A stretch of DNA of 64,000 nt from Eledone cirrhosa (taxonomy: Eukaryota), in assembly GCA_964016885.1 (NCBI GenBank), contig OZ024760.1, forward strand, positions 620,001 through 684,000. The letters run 5' to 3'. Below the pieces are notes generated by a model. That model searched no databases. It was not told the origin of the DNA and was given only the letters and a program-made list of their open reading frames with translations. Numbering within the stretch: position 1 is the stretch's first letter; each line of letters starts with the position of its first letter. Below, piece after piece: positions 1 to 16,126 of the stretch. A program made the position numbers and the translations under genes.

Positions 1-535
1 TTTATAAAAGCCCATCTGATGCCTATTTAATTTCTTTAAATATAAGCGTCAGAGAATGGGTTTCGTGTCTTGTTATAAGTTACTAAGAAGAGACAGGAAG
101 AAAGACAATCCTGATGTCCTTTATAAAAGCCCATCTGATGCCTATTTAATTTCTTTAAATATAAGCGTCAGATAGTGGGTTTTGTTTCTTTTAATAACTT
201 ACTGAGAAGAGATAGGAGCAAGGTTGTCCTTGTGTCTATTTTAAAAGCCTGTCGGATGGGGAAATTACAGTGCCCAGTTTAATTTCTTTAAATATAAGCG
301 TCATAGAGTGGGTCTCATTTCTTTTAATAACTTACTAAGAAGAGACAAGAGCAAAGACAACCCTCGAGTCCTTTTTAAAGGCCTGTCTGTTGCTCAGTTC
401 AATTTCTTTACATATAAACGTCAGTGAGTGGATTTAGTTTCTTCTCAAAACTTACTCAGAAGAGACAGGAGCAAAGACAGTCCTCAAGTCCCTTTTAAAA
501 GCTTGTTTGATTGGTGGGGAAAATGACTGTGCCCA
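1..535. repeat. Degenerate tandem repeat, about 119-135-bp unit
   Basis: tttataaaagcc...aatttctttaaatataagcgtca...tactaagaagagacagga recurs 4-5 times. Confidence 0.8.
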
Positions 536-746
536 CGTCCCTTTAAAGGCCCTTCGTTACTCACGAAATGAATGGAGGCATCTATAGACTTTTTAAGGAT
601 CTGTGTGACTGTGAAACTGACTGGTAGGATTAACGAATTTTTAAGTACCTCTGTGACTGGGGAGAGGAATAAAGCTTACTTCTGTTATTTCGATTTTTTT
701 ATATGTTCAGTGCTGAAGGTTGGTGTTGTTTTCTCAAAGCAGCGGT

Positions 747-791
<45 letters not shown>

Positions 792-896
792 GAAAAGAGT
801 CAGGACCCCGACGGCTGAGATGCTATTACCACTCTACTACACTAAGTATCGAGTACTCTGGTGCGTTATGGTCCACCTGGTTTCTTACCTCACTTT

Positions 897-968
<72 letters not shown>

Positions 969-1419
969 TGGCTGCCAACTCGTTTTCGAGTACGGCCACT
1001 ACTTTATATCCATGTAGGAGAACCCCTGCCGATGCGCTGAACAAGTGTGACTTTTTAGTCCAGCCAGTGACTTGAAAACTCTGGTACAAACACTACACTT
1101 GTGACAATTATTGTCACATAGTGCTGGGCCCATGGTACCATGTGACGACAAGTGCAGAGAGATCTCCAGATATAAAGCAATGCCTGTGCCGTGAAGCTTT
1201 TATAGTGAGCAAAGGCAATGCACAAAGCCAGTCCCACTCTCTTAACCAAGATGATATTTACCAAAAAGAAGAACCAGTCAACATCATTCGATACCATCAG
1301 GGTTGCAGGTGTTATATCAGAGTTTTCCTTCTCCTAGAATTCTGCCTTGACAAAGGCTAAGGGGTCAACTCTCCCGGTGGTTTTGGATGGCCCTTGACTC
1401 TTAAGAGCTCATTTGCCCT

Positions 1420-1703
<284 letters not shown>

Positions 1704-1813
1704 CTTCTGCGTTTCACAGATTGATTTTTTTAGTTTCAGAAGATCCCGTTAAGGTTGAAAGCAGCGATTCTTTGCTTAAACTTTAATCTGTTATTTTAAT
1801 ATATATATATATA

Positions 1814-2414
1814 TTGTTATATTTGGGGAGGGTCATATTTGCGTAATATTGCCAGAATTAATAACAGAACACACTCACTGTTTGGTTGGTTTTCGCTTCT
1901 CGCTGTCTTTTATATCTGCGATCTAACTTACTCGGTCCTCAATGTTGCCATTGACTGACCGGCGGTCAAAAAATAATACAGATACAATATAGACACAAAC
2001 ACATATATATAGTTTACATAATTTACATATAAATCTTTCGTTACACATCTGCAACATCGTCAGTGGTGTTATATTCATTGTTCCTCCTGTTGTGTTGTAT
2101 GACTGAATAAAAAATGGCGTAGACATACAACACAACAGGAGGAACAATGAATATAACACCACTGACGATGTTGCAGATGTGCAACGAAAGATTTATATGT
2201 AAATTATGTAAACTATATATATATGTGTTTGTGTCTATATTGTATCTGTATTATTTTTTGACCGCCGGTCAGTCAATGGCAACATTGAGGACCGAGTAAG
2301 CTAGATCGCAGATATAAAAGACAGCGAGAAGCGAAAACCAACCAAACAGTGAGTGTGTTCTGTTATTAATTCTGGCAATATTACGTAAATATGACCCTCC
2401 CCAAATATAACAAC
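1814..2414. mobile_element. Fold-back element (about 285-bp arms) with HHR-like motifs. Related single arms at 7410-7695, 8912-9220 and about 49360-49620.
   Basis: Arms are reverse complements. CTGACGA-T-GTTGCA(gatg)TGCAAC-GAAA at 2162-2189. Confidence 0.78.
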
Positions 2415-2665
2415 ATCTGTTTCGACACACGATTTCATATAAAAAAACCTCGCTAAACTAATTCATCGCCGCTATATATATATACATATATATAATTATA
2501 TATTCGTGTACAGATATTTTTGCATACACAAAAACAAAATATAAACAAACGAAAGCCCAGACGGCTTATCTTCATTGTTACAGCCGATATGCTACCCAAA
2601 ATGTCCCAGCCTGGCCGCAAGATCAGATTTTCCAGAAGAAAAAATGTTACTAGAGCAACAGAGAG

Positions 2666-2864
2666 ACTAAGCTTCGCGATTACAATCAAGAAAACTCAGG
2701 GTCAAACCCTAAAAGGGGCTGGCCTTCATCTGGGAAAACCATGCTTCTCCCATGGTCAATTGTATGTAGGATGCTCTAGGGTGAGTTCGCCAAACAATCT
2801 CTTCATCTTTGCTCCCGAGGGCCGGAGAAAAAATATTGTATACTCTGAGGCTCTAACAATGTAA
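2666..2864 (+). pseudogene. Helitron RepHel C-terminal Pif1-like helicase fragment
   Basis: LSFAITIKKTQGQTL...PCFSHGQLYVGCSRV...KNIVYSEAL (SF1 motifs V/VI and the typical Helitron C-terminus). Confidence 0.82.
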
Positions 2865-3162
2865 TTTATGTATTTTCTGTTACTTGGAATTTCCGTTATG
2901 GTTGTACAAATAATTGTAAAGTTTATTAAAAAAAATGTTCTCTGTTCAGCCTTTATTGTTGTAACTATCAATTTTCTTTTAACGTACTGGCTGCTGAACT
3001 GGGCAATCCTAAAAACTATTCAAACCCAACATCAGTGCACGTTAAACCCCACCCTCGCTGACTTGAGAGAGCGTGCGGTATCTTTGCACTGAGGTGGGGG
3101 GGGGGGGGATCCTAAAAAAATTAAATGACGGTATACCTAACCGGACGCCAGCCGGACGGCCC

Positions 3163-3245
<83 letters not shown>

Positions 3246-3253
3246 CAGATTAA

Positions 3254-3304
3254 AGTTTAAGCAAAGAATCGCTGCTTTCACCCTTAACGGGATCTTCTGA
3301 AACT
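3254..3304 (-). ncRNA. HHR-like motif with CAGAAGA core (also at 1732-1782 +, 8151-8202 +, 28624-28674 -)
   Basis: AGTTT-CAGAAGA-T-CCC(gttaa)GGG-T-GAA-AGCA(gcgattctt)TGCT-T-AAACT: all three stems pair. Confidence 0.62.
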
Positions 3305-3825
3305 AACAAAGTCAATCTGTAAACGCAGAAGTGGATATTTCAAAATACGTTGCAACCGGAGGAAGACAGGAAGACGATACTTTGGTTCGTGGAAACGTTC
3401 CCTGGCAAAGAACGGGAAAAAACGAATATAATACGTCATTAATAGGAGCGGTGAAAAACAATTACGCGCAAAGACAGAACCACGTTTATGGTATAAAAGA
3501 AGTCGTAGACTAATGTTCTCTTAGGTGGTTCATAGAGACGTTCTCTGGCAATGAACGAAAAAAAAACGAAGATAATAAGTCATATGTGGAGCGTGGAGAA
3601 CAATAGCACGCAAAGACAAAACCACGTAAATGGTATAGCAGAGGTCGTAGACTAAAATTCTAACTAGGGAACCGAATGAATCTCCGCTTCAGAGTAAGAA
3701 TAAAGTAAATAAATACAATACAGAGGTAATAGAAATTAAATAAATACATACATGCATGCAAATACGTACATACACAAGCATATGCGAAAACACTTACCAT
3801 AGGTAAACAAAACACGCACATATAA

Positions 3826-3925
<100 letters not shown>

Positions 3926-4198
3926 ATACAAATAAATAAATAATTAAATAAACGTATATACATATATATATATATATATATGTAAAGAAAGTATTCAAGG
4001 GCAGAAATGCTATACAGATAGCTTATAAAATAGGGTGTAGACACTTCATAAACGGAAAAATGGTTGGCATGAGTGCTGGAAGGTATAGGGTTCGTTTCCT
4101 TATAGCAGCCGATGCCAGCTTCTTTTTCCATCTTTTAAGGGTCTCCATCCTATTTTGTAATCTATCTTTATAGCATTTCTTCGCTTGAGCACTTTCTT

Positions 4199-5830
<1,632 letters not shown>

Positions 5831-6543
5831 ATATATATATGTATGTGTGGATTTAAACAGCACCCTAAACTAAATATATATAATTAAACTAAGGGTGTTT
5901 TCTCCAAATAATTTCCTAAAAGCACTTCTTTTAGTGGATGGTGCGTACATATATATATATGTGTGTGTGTGCGTGTTTGTATGTGTGTGTGTATGTGTTG
6001 CGTGTTTGTGTGTGCGTGTGTGTGCATATGCATGTGTATATGTGTATCAATATATATATATGTATGTATAAATATGTATATATGTTTGTCTCATAGTAAG
6101 CAGTAGCTCAGAGGACGATCATCAGTCTGACGAGATGACCTCGGCGTCGTGAAAGCGAGTGACTTCGCAGACGACCGACAATGTGTTGGCACAACTCCCC
6201 CAGTTAGAGGAGGAATCTATGAGTATGCAGATATGGCGAGCTGCATATATTCTAGCCATTAGAAAAAGTAAAACGAATGCTTCATCTTCAATGGAGGAAT
6301 ATCTCAAGATAAAAAAAATACACACACATACACACACACACATATATATATATACATACATTATATACACATATATATTGTAACACACAATAAATTGAGT
6401 CCAGATGCATCACTGATTTTTCGTTTTATATATATATATATATATATATAAAACGAAAAATCAGTGATATATATATATATATATCGTTAAATAATGAACT
6501 TTTTTTGTTTAATATAAGGAATTGTTTGTTCATTATTTGTTTA

Positions 6544-6591
<48 letters not shown>

Positions 6592-6791
6592 AACAAGTAA
6601 GACCCCGACGGCTGAGCTCAAGCCGTTTCGACGGGGTCTTACTTGTTCCTATTACCCACTCTACTACCTTAAGTATTGAGTACTTTGGTGCGTTATGGTC
6701 CACCTGGTTCCTTACCACATTTCCTTCGTTATATATATATATATATATATAAAACGAAAAATCAGTGGTGCATCTGGACTCAATTTATTGT

Positions 6792-6880
6792 GTGTTACAA
6801 TTGTTTCGCCGGCAGACAGCTCGAGACACGATCATTGTATGGGTCTGTCTGCTTCTGGAAACTGTAGGTTCGTCGGACAC
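6792..6880 (-). ncRNA. HHR-like motif with CCGACGA core and long stem II
   Basis: GTGT-CCGACGA-ACC...GCAGACAG...CTGTCTGC-CGGC-GAAA-CAATTG-TA-ACAC. Confidence 0.55.
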
Positions 6881-7156
6881 TTGTATTAATTTCGGATCAA
6901 ATTTTCTCACTGGGGTGTTAGCGTCAAAAAACATCTTCCTCGCTTGTCCTGCTGTTGGCTGTTGTTATATCGGTGAATTGGCAGTATCGGTAGAGGGTCG
7001 GACGCCATGCTTTGACGCATAGAGTTACGGCCCTTGCCATTCTGAGTTCAAATCCCGCCGACGTTAACTTTGCCTTTCATCCTTACGGGGTCGATAAAAT
7101 AAAGTACCAGTAATCTACTGGGTAATTTGCTGGCCTTGTGCCAAAAGTAGAAACAG

Positions 7157-7222
<66 letters not shown>

Positions 7223-7594
7223 ACTAGAAATTGATTAACATATAAATAAACATGAATAATCACAGGAGATAATTTTTACAAGTGTGTAAGCACACATAGC
7301 TAGGTAGGTAACTAAATAAAGTTAACCAGAACTTCAAAAATAGATACCGTATAATATGATTAATCTTTTGATTATCTTAATTTTGTATATATATATATAT
7401 ATATATTCTTATATTTGGGGAGAATCATATTGTTGTAATAATATTGCCAGAAATAATAACAGAACACACTCACTGTTTGGTTGGTTTTCGCTTCTGTATC
7501 TTTTACATCTCCATAGTTAATTTATTTGACAATCAACGTCTATCATTGATTGGCCAGCGGTTAAAATTACAGATACAAATATATATATATAGTC

Positions 7595-7638
7595 TATCAA
7601 AGTTCTTTCGTTGCACATCTGCAACATCATCAGTGGTA
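7595..7638 (-). ncRNA. Type I HHR-like motif (GTTGCA/TGCAAC family; related motif at 49448-49490 +)
   Basis: TACCA-CTGATGA-T-GTTGCA(gatg)TGCAAC-GAAA-GAAC-TT-TGATA. The 49448 copy has a covaried stem II (GTCACA/TGTGAC), stem I GTCA/TGAC and core CTGTAGA. Confidence 0.68.
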
Positions 7639-7694
7639 CTATTATGTTCCCTCCTATTGTATTGTATTGTAATGTAATGTCTACGCCATTTTTA

Positions 7695-7741
<47 letters not shown>

Positions 7742-7821
7742 TAAAGGTAAACAGAAATAACAACACAATCGGTATATGGAAGGAATATATTAGGTTAACG
7801 CTTGAAATAGCAGGAAGAGGG

Positions 7822-7858
7822 TCTTAATGTTTCGGACGCTAGTCCTTCATCAGAAGTA
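7822..7858 (-). ncRNA. HHR-like motif
   Basis: CTT-CTGATGA-A-GGAC(tagc)GTCC-GAAAC-ATT-AAG. Stems I and III are weak or decayed. Confidence 0.55.
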
Positions 7859-8429
7859 TAAGATTGAACAGGGTGGAATAAGGGACGAACAGGGTGGAAT
7901 TGGTAATATTTTCTTTAGATAAAAATAGCAAGTCCGTTCATGTTGACATCTCTTGGAAAACTGTTGGTGCTGACGTTTTGTGTATGACGAAAATGCAACT
8001 GGAGTCTTTTAAAGATATTTATTTGCTTCCTTTACCGGTTTCACAGTTCTTATGCTTTTCAAAAGTAGAATGGGTGGGGGGGGGGGGTTGATTGTGGTTT
8101 TATCTGCGAGAAACCGGTAATGGAGACAAATAAATATTCAGAAGATCCAGAGTTTCAGAAGATTCCTGTTAAGGGTGAAAGCAGCGATTCTTTGCTTAAA
8201 CTTTAATTTGTTATTTTAATAAATATATATATATATATATAGCGAGGGAAAAGTGGTAAGGAACCAGGTGGACCATAACGCACCAAAGTACTCAATACTT
8301 AGGGTAGTAGAGTGGGTAATAGGAGTAAGTAAGACCCCGACGGCTGAGCTCAAGCCGTTTCGACGGCTAATTCAGTACAGAATTAGCCGTCGAAACGGCT
8401 TGAGCTCAGCCGTCGGGGTCTTACTTACT

Positions 8430-8490
<61 letters not shown>

Positions 8491-8491
8491 G

Positions 8492-8682
8492 TGAGGTGGT
8501 ATCAAACAGTTCTCGGACTAATCATGTTTAAAAAAATGTTATATTTACCTACATTTTACCATCATTTTGTAATCACGCCTGGAAGTTGTTGACCTTCTAC
8601 GATTCACTCTGGATCTCGGCAACGGTGTTAAAACGGCGACGTTTGAGCTCTATTTTCAGCTTGGAGAAGTGATACACGTCCG
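8492..8682 (-). mobile_element. mariner 3' fragment (transposase C-terminus plus TIR-like end)
   Basis: DVYHFSKLKIELKRRRFNTVAEIQ resembles the mariner D.FLF.KLK..LKGRRF motif. gaggtggtatcaaacagttctcggact is a TIR-like end. Confidence 0.6.
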
Positions 8683-8882
8683 TAGCGGAAACTGGAGGAA
8701 GTCGCGGTCGAATAGTTTTGTTCCTATTATATATGTATATATATATATCAGATAGGGTGTGGTAAAAACTAGGTAGACCATAACCCACCAGAGTACTCGA
8801 TACTTGAGGCAGTACTTCTGATCTACTTCGGATATACGTGTCGAAACGGCCGGAGTTCAGTCGTTGGGGACCTGAATCTTTT

Positions 8883-8917
<35 letters not shown>

Positions 8918-9563
8918 ATACTTGGGGAGGGTCATATTTGCGTAATATTGCCAGAAATAATAACAGAACACACTCACTGTTTGGTTTGTTTTCGCTTCTC
9001 GCTGTCTTTTATATCTGCGATCTAACTTACTCGGTCCTCAATGTTGCCATTGACTGACCGACGGTCAAAAATAATACAGATACAATATAGACACAAACAC
9101 ATATATATAGTTTACATAATTTACATAAATCTTTCGTTGCACATCTGCAACATCGTCAGTGGTGTTATATTTTTTTTCCTCCTGTTGTGTTGTATGTCTA
9201 CGCCATTTTTTATTCAGTCTGTCTATATATATATAAGTTTCATCATAGAAATTACTTCTACGGGACTAGAACTGTTTCATTCTTAAGAAATCAGTATGAA
9301 AGTACAGTTCAAGTTCTATGGAAGTCATTTCTATAACAAAATATAGATGTCTATACTCCACTAACGTATTCAGTAACACTTTTAACTGTGGTCACCTCCC
9401 AATATACATAGGGAATCCACGTATTATATATACATACACACACACACACATATATACATATATATATACAAACATGCATATATATACATACACACACATC
9501 TACATACAAACAACTATATATATAAATAAAATTATACAACATCCATACACATATGCATACGTA

Positions 9564-9682
<119 letters not shown>

Positions 9683-10042
9683 GTCATGTTTTTAAATTAC
9701 TTTATAAAAGCTGAAATTCCATCGCTTCTCTATTCCAAACTATAAACATATTTATAAAACCTCTCTGCCATGCTTCGCTGTTTTCTTAAATAACCGTAAA
9801 ATAAAGTATTTATTGAAAAATATAACGAGATAATGTGTATAAACGCATACCCCCTCCTCGTCTCTACACATTTATAAATACATATATGTGTATGTATGTA
9901 TGTATTTATGTATGTATGTATGTATGTATGCATGTATGTATGTATGTATGTATTTATGTATGTATGTATTTATGTATGTATGTATTTATGTATGTATGAA
10001 TGTACGTATGTATGTGTGTATTTAAACGTAAATCTATCTATC

Positions 10043-10137
<95 letters not shown>

Positions 10138-10824
10138 ATATATTTATACGTATGTGTATATATACATATATGTTTGTATATATGCATATGTATATATGTA
10201 GAAGTTATATTTAATTTGTTGGGATACAACAAGCAAATATTTTTATAACTGATATAAAGCACTCAACAAATATTTGGAGTAAAAATACAATATATTAACA
10301 AATGGAAACTATATTTATAAAACCATATTTATTTTATTATACATATTTCAAGGATACCAACGCAAATTATGGTGCGCTTTCTTTTATCTGATGAAAGCGC
10401 ACCATAATTTCCTTTAGTGTCCTTGAAATATGTATAATGAAATAAATATGGTTTTATAAATATAGTTTCCATTTGTTAATATATTGTATATGTATATATA
10501 TGTATATATATATGTATATATATATATATGTATATATACGTATATATATGTATATATATATATAAAAACAGGTAGAATTCCCAAAACTAATCATATCAGA
10601 GCAAACATCACGGACGCTCTATCTCAAAATTATTTTTGAAAATTATTAGAAATGCGCAACCAAAACTGAATACTAACAAATACTATTACTAATTCTCACT
10701 TATTCCTAATTAAACTATTTTTCACTGTGAACAATTTGTCAGCATTTTCTATTCCGTTTACCAATATATATATGTATATATATATATATATGTATATATT
10801 AACAATAGTAATAAATGGAAAATG

Positions 10825-10855
<31 letters not shown>

Positions 10856-10991
10856 ATATATGTATATATATATGTATATATATGTATATATATGTATATA
10901 TATATATATATATGTATATGTAAATATATATATGTATATATATGTATATATATATAATATATAAGAACAGAAGATGATTTCAGCGCTGCAG

Positions 10992-11040
<49 letters not shown>

Positions 11041-11100
11041 ATGTTGATTTAAAACTGCACTATCCACAAGTGTTTTTTAGCCTTCATATCATGTCCTCCT

Positions 11101-11169
11101 GTTTTATCTGATGAAAACACAAATATTATTGCATGATGATGTTTGTTTTTGAAATGCGCATAATAAAAT
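11101..11169 (+). ncRNA. Type I HHR, TGCGCA family (also at 16569-16637 -, 18113-18181 +, 18470-18538 -, 18650-18718 +)
   Basis: GTTTTAT-CTGATGA-AAAC ACAAATAT...ATGTTTGT TTTT-GAAA-TGCGCA-TA-ATAAAAT. Confidence 0.8.
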
Positions 11170-11363
11170 ACATGGAACTCCTTTAACCATCTTCTGTTCT
11201 TATATATTATGTATACTCCAGTCCTACAAACTGTAGAGTGCTTCTTATCCGATATCTGCATTGCTTTATTGTACTACAATAAAACTCACCTCCTATATGT
11301 ATATATATATATATGTATATATATATATGTATATATATATATATGTATATATATATGTATATA

Positions 11364-11417
<54 letters not shown>

Positions 11418-11511
11418 TAAACACTTCTGTAAATTTATTCAATAATAAAGTGTACAACTGTTCAATTAAAATCCATGGTTTGTTTGTCTAGAACCACCAT
11501 AATAATTGTAA

Positions 11512-11596
<85 letters not shown>

Positions 11597-11688
11597 CTCT
11601 CACTCTCTCTCGCTCTCTCTCCCTCTTTCTCTCCCTCTCTCTCACTCTCTCTCTCGCTCTCTCTCTCCCTCTCTCTCTCTCTGTCGTT

Positions 11689-11763
<75 letters not shown>

Positions 11764-11824
11764 GCAGCGCTGAAAACGGTTAGACCACAAATCAGGGGAT
11801 TACTCTATGCATGGGAAGGAGCAC

Positions 11825-11909
<85 letters not shown>

Positions 11910-12108
11910 TGTGTTAAATATTATAATATATACAATGCTGTATTCGAATGATATACGAACGGTGATACATTATGAGTGCCACGAATGTCACGTTTGTCCT
12001 CCATATCTGAACATAGACGTCATTAAAATATACATAGCGTTAAACATGTTTAATACACTGTAAACAGCGTGGTTCATATGTAGAGATGTTAGAAATATTC
12101 ATCCATAT

Positions 12109-12270
<162 letters not shown>

Positions 12271-12355
12271 CTGGATCGTCAAGTACGAAATTTGTAGAAA
12301 ATTGTAGAAAAAAAATCAAATTTCTACAAATTTAATACTTGAGGACCCACTATAT

Positions 12356-12401
<46 letters not shown>

Positions 12402-12420
12402 GGGGGGGAGAGAGAGAGAG

Positions 12421-12790
12421 ATTTCTTTATTTGCAACAAGGGCGCACAAGAAAAGGGGACAAAACAAAGACACATGCCGGGGATTTTACATACAGTCGTG
12501 TAAAAATATTATTAAAACAAACAAATTTAACAATCGAAATCCCCAATAGGGCGGAGGTGCTACACATGGGTTGTTTAATACCCCGTAGATAGAACAACCC
12601 TCAACTTCAGGAACGTGTTGTGCAAGTGTTCCTTTCTTCCTTTTGCTCTCTTCTTCAACCTACAGGTTTATATACAGAGAAGGCCCAATCACTCGGGCCA
12701 TTTTTGCTACATTCACCCACCTTTCAGTAAATTTACTGGGGTGCAGTGCCTCTGTCTCCACCCTGATTCTCCTTCTAAAGTGGTACTTAA
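12421..12790 (-). mobile_element. 3' fragment of a related Tx1-type family
   Basis: Similar to the ORF2 C-terminus and 3'UTR of the 50-56 kb element (tttctttatt end, ccccaatagg, ggcccaatcactcgggccatt). Lies between (GA)n and (GATA)n. Confidence 0.7.
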
Positions 12791-12884
12791 AGATAGATAG
12801 ATAGATTTGAATGATATCTTGAAATATTATCTGGACCTTTATTGTGATTTTGATTCAACTATTATATGATGAGTATCTTGCTTT

Positions 12885-13500
12885 CTGGGTGCCATTTGGG
12901 GACACCTCCAACAACCGCTGGCACATTTATTGGTGCCATTTAGGGACATCCTCTGTCACAGTCACTGGCAAATTTAAAGTTGCCATATGGGGACAATCCC
13001 TGGCACATCTACTTGTGCCATTTGGGGACATCCCCTGGCACAATTACTAGTGTCATTTGGGGGAAACCCTTGGCACATCTACTTGTGCCATTTCGGGATG
13101 TCCGCTGGCACATTTACTAGTGTCATTTGGGGACACCCGCTGGCACATTTACTGGAGCCATTTGGGGGCACACACTGACACATTCAAAGCTGCCATTTGG
13201 AGACATCCTCGACACCCTATGGCACATTTACTTGCGCCATGTGGGGACAACCCCTGGCACATAAACGTCTGCCATTTGGGGACATCACTGGCATATTTAC
13301 TGGTGCCCTTTTGGGACATCTCCTGACAGTCACTTCTGCTATTTGGGGACATCAGACACATTTACTAGTGTCATTTGGGGACATCACCTGGCACATTTAC
13401 TGGAGCCATTTGGGGACATTCCGGACATCTCCTGGCACAGTCACTGCTGCCATTTGGGGACATCCCGTGGCACATTTATTAGTGCCATGTGGGGGAGCCC
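12885..13500. repeat. GC-rich minisatellite, about 35-40-bp unit
   Basis: gccatttggggacatccctggcacatttactggt repeated about 15 times with variants. Confidence 0.85.
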
Positions 13501-13758
13501 CTAAACCTATTCATATGTTACCTAAACAATCGTCAGCGAAGAAAGTGTGGTTTTATAATTATTTACATGTGATTCATAACGGTTTCTGATTCAGGTACAA
13601 TGCTAACAGTTCTGGGCGAGGGGAATGTCGATTAAATCGACATCAGTTCATTACTGGTACTTATTTTATTGACCCTGTAAGAATGAAAAGAAAAGCTAAC
13701 CGTTTACGTTGTTATTTCTGTTTACTTTTAACATACATGTACCCATACATATATACAT

Positions 13759-13864
<106 letters not shown>

Positions 13865-13908
13865 CGTTTTTGAATTTATTGGCAGCATGGCCGTCCTAAA
13901 GTATAACA

Positions 13909-14015
<107 letters not shown>

Positions 14016-14035
14016 GATATATAGATAGATAAATA

Positions 14036-14502
14036 TACACGGGTGTGTATGATTGTGTATAGAAGATTATATTAATAAAAGGAATTCCAACTTTGTCTGA
14101 TTTACTCGTTTTATTTACAATCCTTTAAAATTTATAATGGTATTAGAATGAAATAGTATGGTGGAATATTGAATGTTAAGTGTTAATTGAACAAGTACTT
14201 TCATGCTTTCGCAATCTTCAGGTTCATAATGTGTGGTGACAGTCAAGATTGCAATTTTCAACAAATTTTCAACAGTCGAAAATTGCAAACTTGACTGTCA
14301 CCACACAATATGAACCTGAAGATTGCGAAAGCATGAAAATACTTGTTCAATTAACACTTAACATTTAATATTCCACCATACTATTTCATTCTAATACCAT
14401 TATAAATTTTAAAGGATTGTAAATAAAACGAGTAAATCATACAAAGTTGGAATTCCTTTTATTAATATAATCTTCTATACACAATCATACACACCCGTGT
14501 AT
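14036..14502. mobile_element. Fold-back element (about 225-bp arms) with one HHR per arm
   Basis: Arms are reverse complements with a few mismatches. Flanked by (GATA)/(TA) and (TATC)n. Confidence 0.8.
14188..14226 (-). ncRNA. Minimal type I hammerhead ribozyme (mutated partner at 14311-14349 +)
   Basis: TGAAC-CTGAAGA-T-TGC(gaaa)GCA-T-GAAA-GTAC-TT-GTTCA. Confidence 0.83.
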
Positions 14503-14513
14503 ATCTATCTATC

Positions 14514-14592
<79 letters not shown>

Positions 14593-14601
14593 ATATATAT
14601 A

Positions 14602-14651
<50 letters not shown>

Positions 14652-14772
14652 TGCTGGTATGCATTTGTCTGTGTGTCTGTGTTATACAACTGCTTACTAG
14701 AGACGGGAACAACCATAACATCATTTATTACCACCACTACTACAACAACTACTACTACAATTACAACTACTA

Positions 14773-14823
<51 letters not shown>

Positions 14824-14969
14824 GTGTCTTATCGAGGGTGTGGAAACCCTTCAATCATATATTTAGTCTGTATTTAGATATGTCTGAACAGTCGACCATA
14901 TGCAATTCTCTAAAGACCTTTCTATTCTCAACGATAGTTTAAGCCAACGAAATCAGTGGTTTTTCAGCG

Positions 14970-15049
<80 letters not shown>

Positions 15050-15054
<5 letters not shown>

Positions 15055-16126
15055 ATAAATGCTCTGAAATAGCGATATATATGTGAATATAGACATAGAA
15101 TATTCGAAAATATTCTGTATGTTTATAATAAACATTTTGAAGACCTAATCGCTATAGAATAGAATACGTCACGTATTACAATTAGATTCTCGATAAAAGC
15201 AAGGGAAGTAATCAACGCGTTTCATTCTTGTTAGAAATCATCAGGACTACATATCCAGTGCTTTTATCGAGAATGACACAGCTAGAGACTTATAGAATAC
15301 TTAGCTGTGTACAGGAACTGGTTTGAAAGAGCGGTTGCCGGTCCGGCAGAAATTAGAAATTGGAATAAATGCTCTGAAATAGCGATATATATGTGAATAT
15401 AGACATAGAATATTCGAAAATATTCTGTATGTTTATAATAAACATTTTGAAGACCTAATCGCTATAGAATAGAATACGTCACGTATTACAATTAGATTCT
15501 CGATAAAAGCAAGGGAAGTAATCAACGCGTTTCATTCTTGTTAGAAATCATCAGGACTACACACAGCTAAGTATTCTATAAGTCTCTAGCTGTGTCATTC
15601 TCGATAAAAGCACTGGATATGTAGTCCTGATGATTTCTAACAAGAATGAAACGCGTTGATTACTTCCCTTGCTTTTATCGAGAATCTAATTGTAATACGT
15701 GACGTATTCTATTCTATAGCGATTAGGTCTTCAAAATGTTTATTATAAACATACAGAATATTTTCGAATATTCTATGTCTATATTCACATATATATCGCT
15801 ATTTCAGAGCATTTATTCCAATTTCTAATTTCTGCCGGACCGGCAACCGCTCTTTCAAACCAGTTCCTGTACACAGCTAAGTATTCTATAAGTCTCTAGC
15901 TGTGTCATTCTCGATAAAAGCACTGGATATGTAGTCCTGATGATTTCTAACAAGAATGAAACGCGTTGATTACTTCCCTTGCTTTTATCGAGAATCTAAT
16001 TGTAATACGTGACGTATTCTATTCTATAGCGATTAGGTCTTCAAAATGTTTATTATAAACATACAGAATATTTTCGAATATTCTATGTCTATATTCACAT
16101 ATATATCGCTATTTCAGAGCATTTAT

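Noticed and set aside
6142-6165. HHR-like CTGACGA...GAAAGCGAG around 6125-6165 and CTGATGA near 21575 (-)
   Set aside because: No valid UH triplet or stem I partner could be established.
12885-13500. CRISPR-like regular repeats (also at 20083-20627)
   Set aside because: No unique spacers, no cas genes and a eukaryotic context; these are ordinary minisatellites.
14036-14502. Fold-backs as sequencing or assembly artefacts
   Set aside because: Arms differ at several positions, are limited to defined repeat families and match known Penelope architecture. The perfect 15-kb case still merits a read check.
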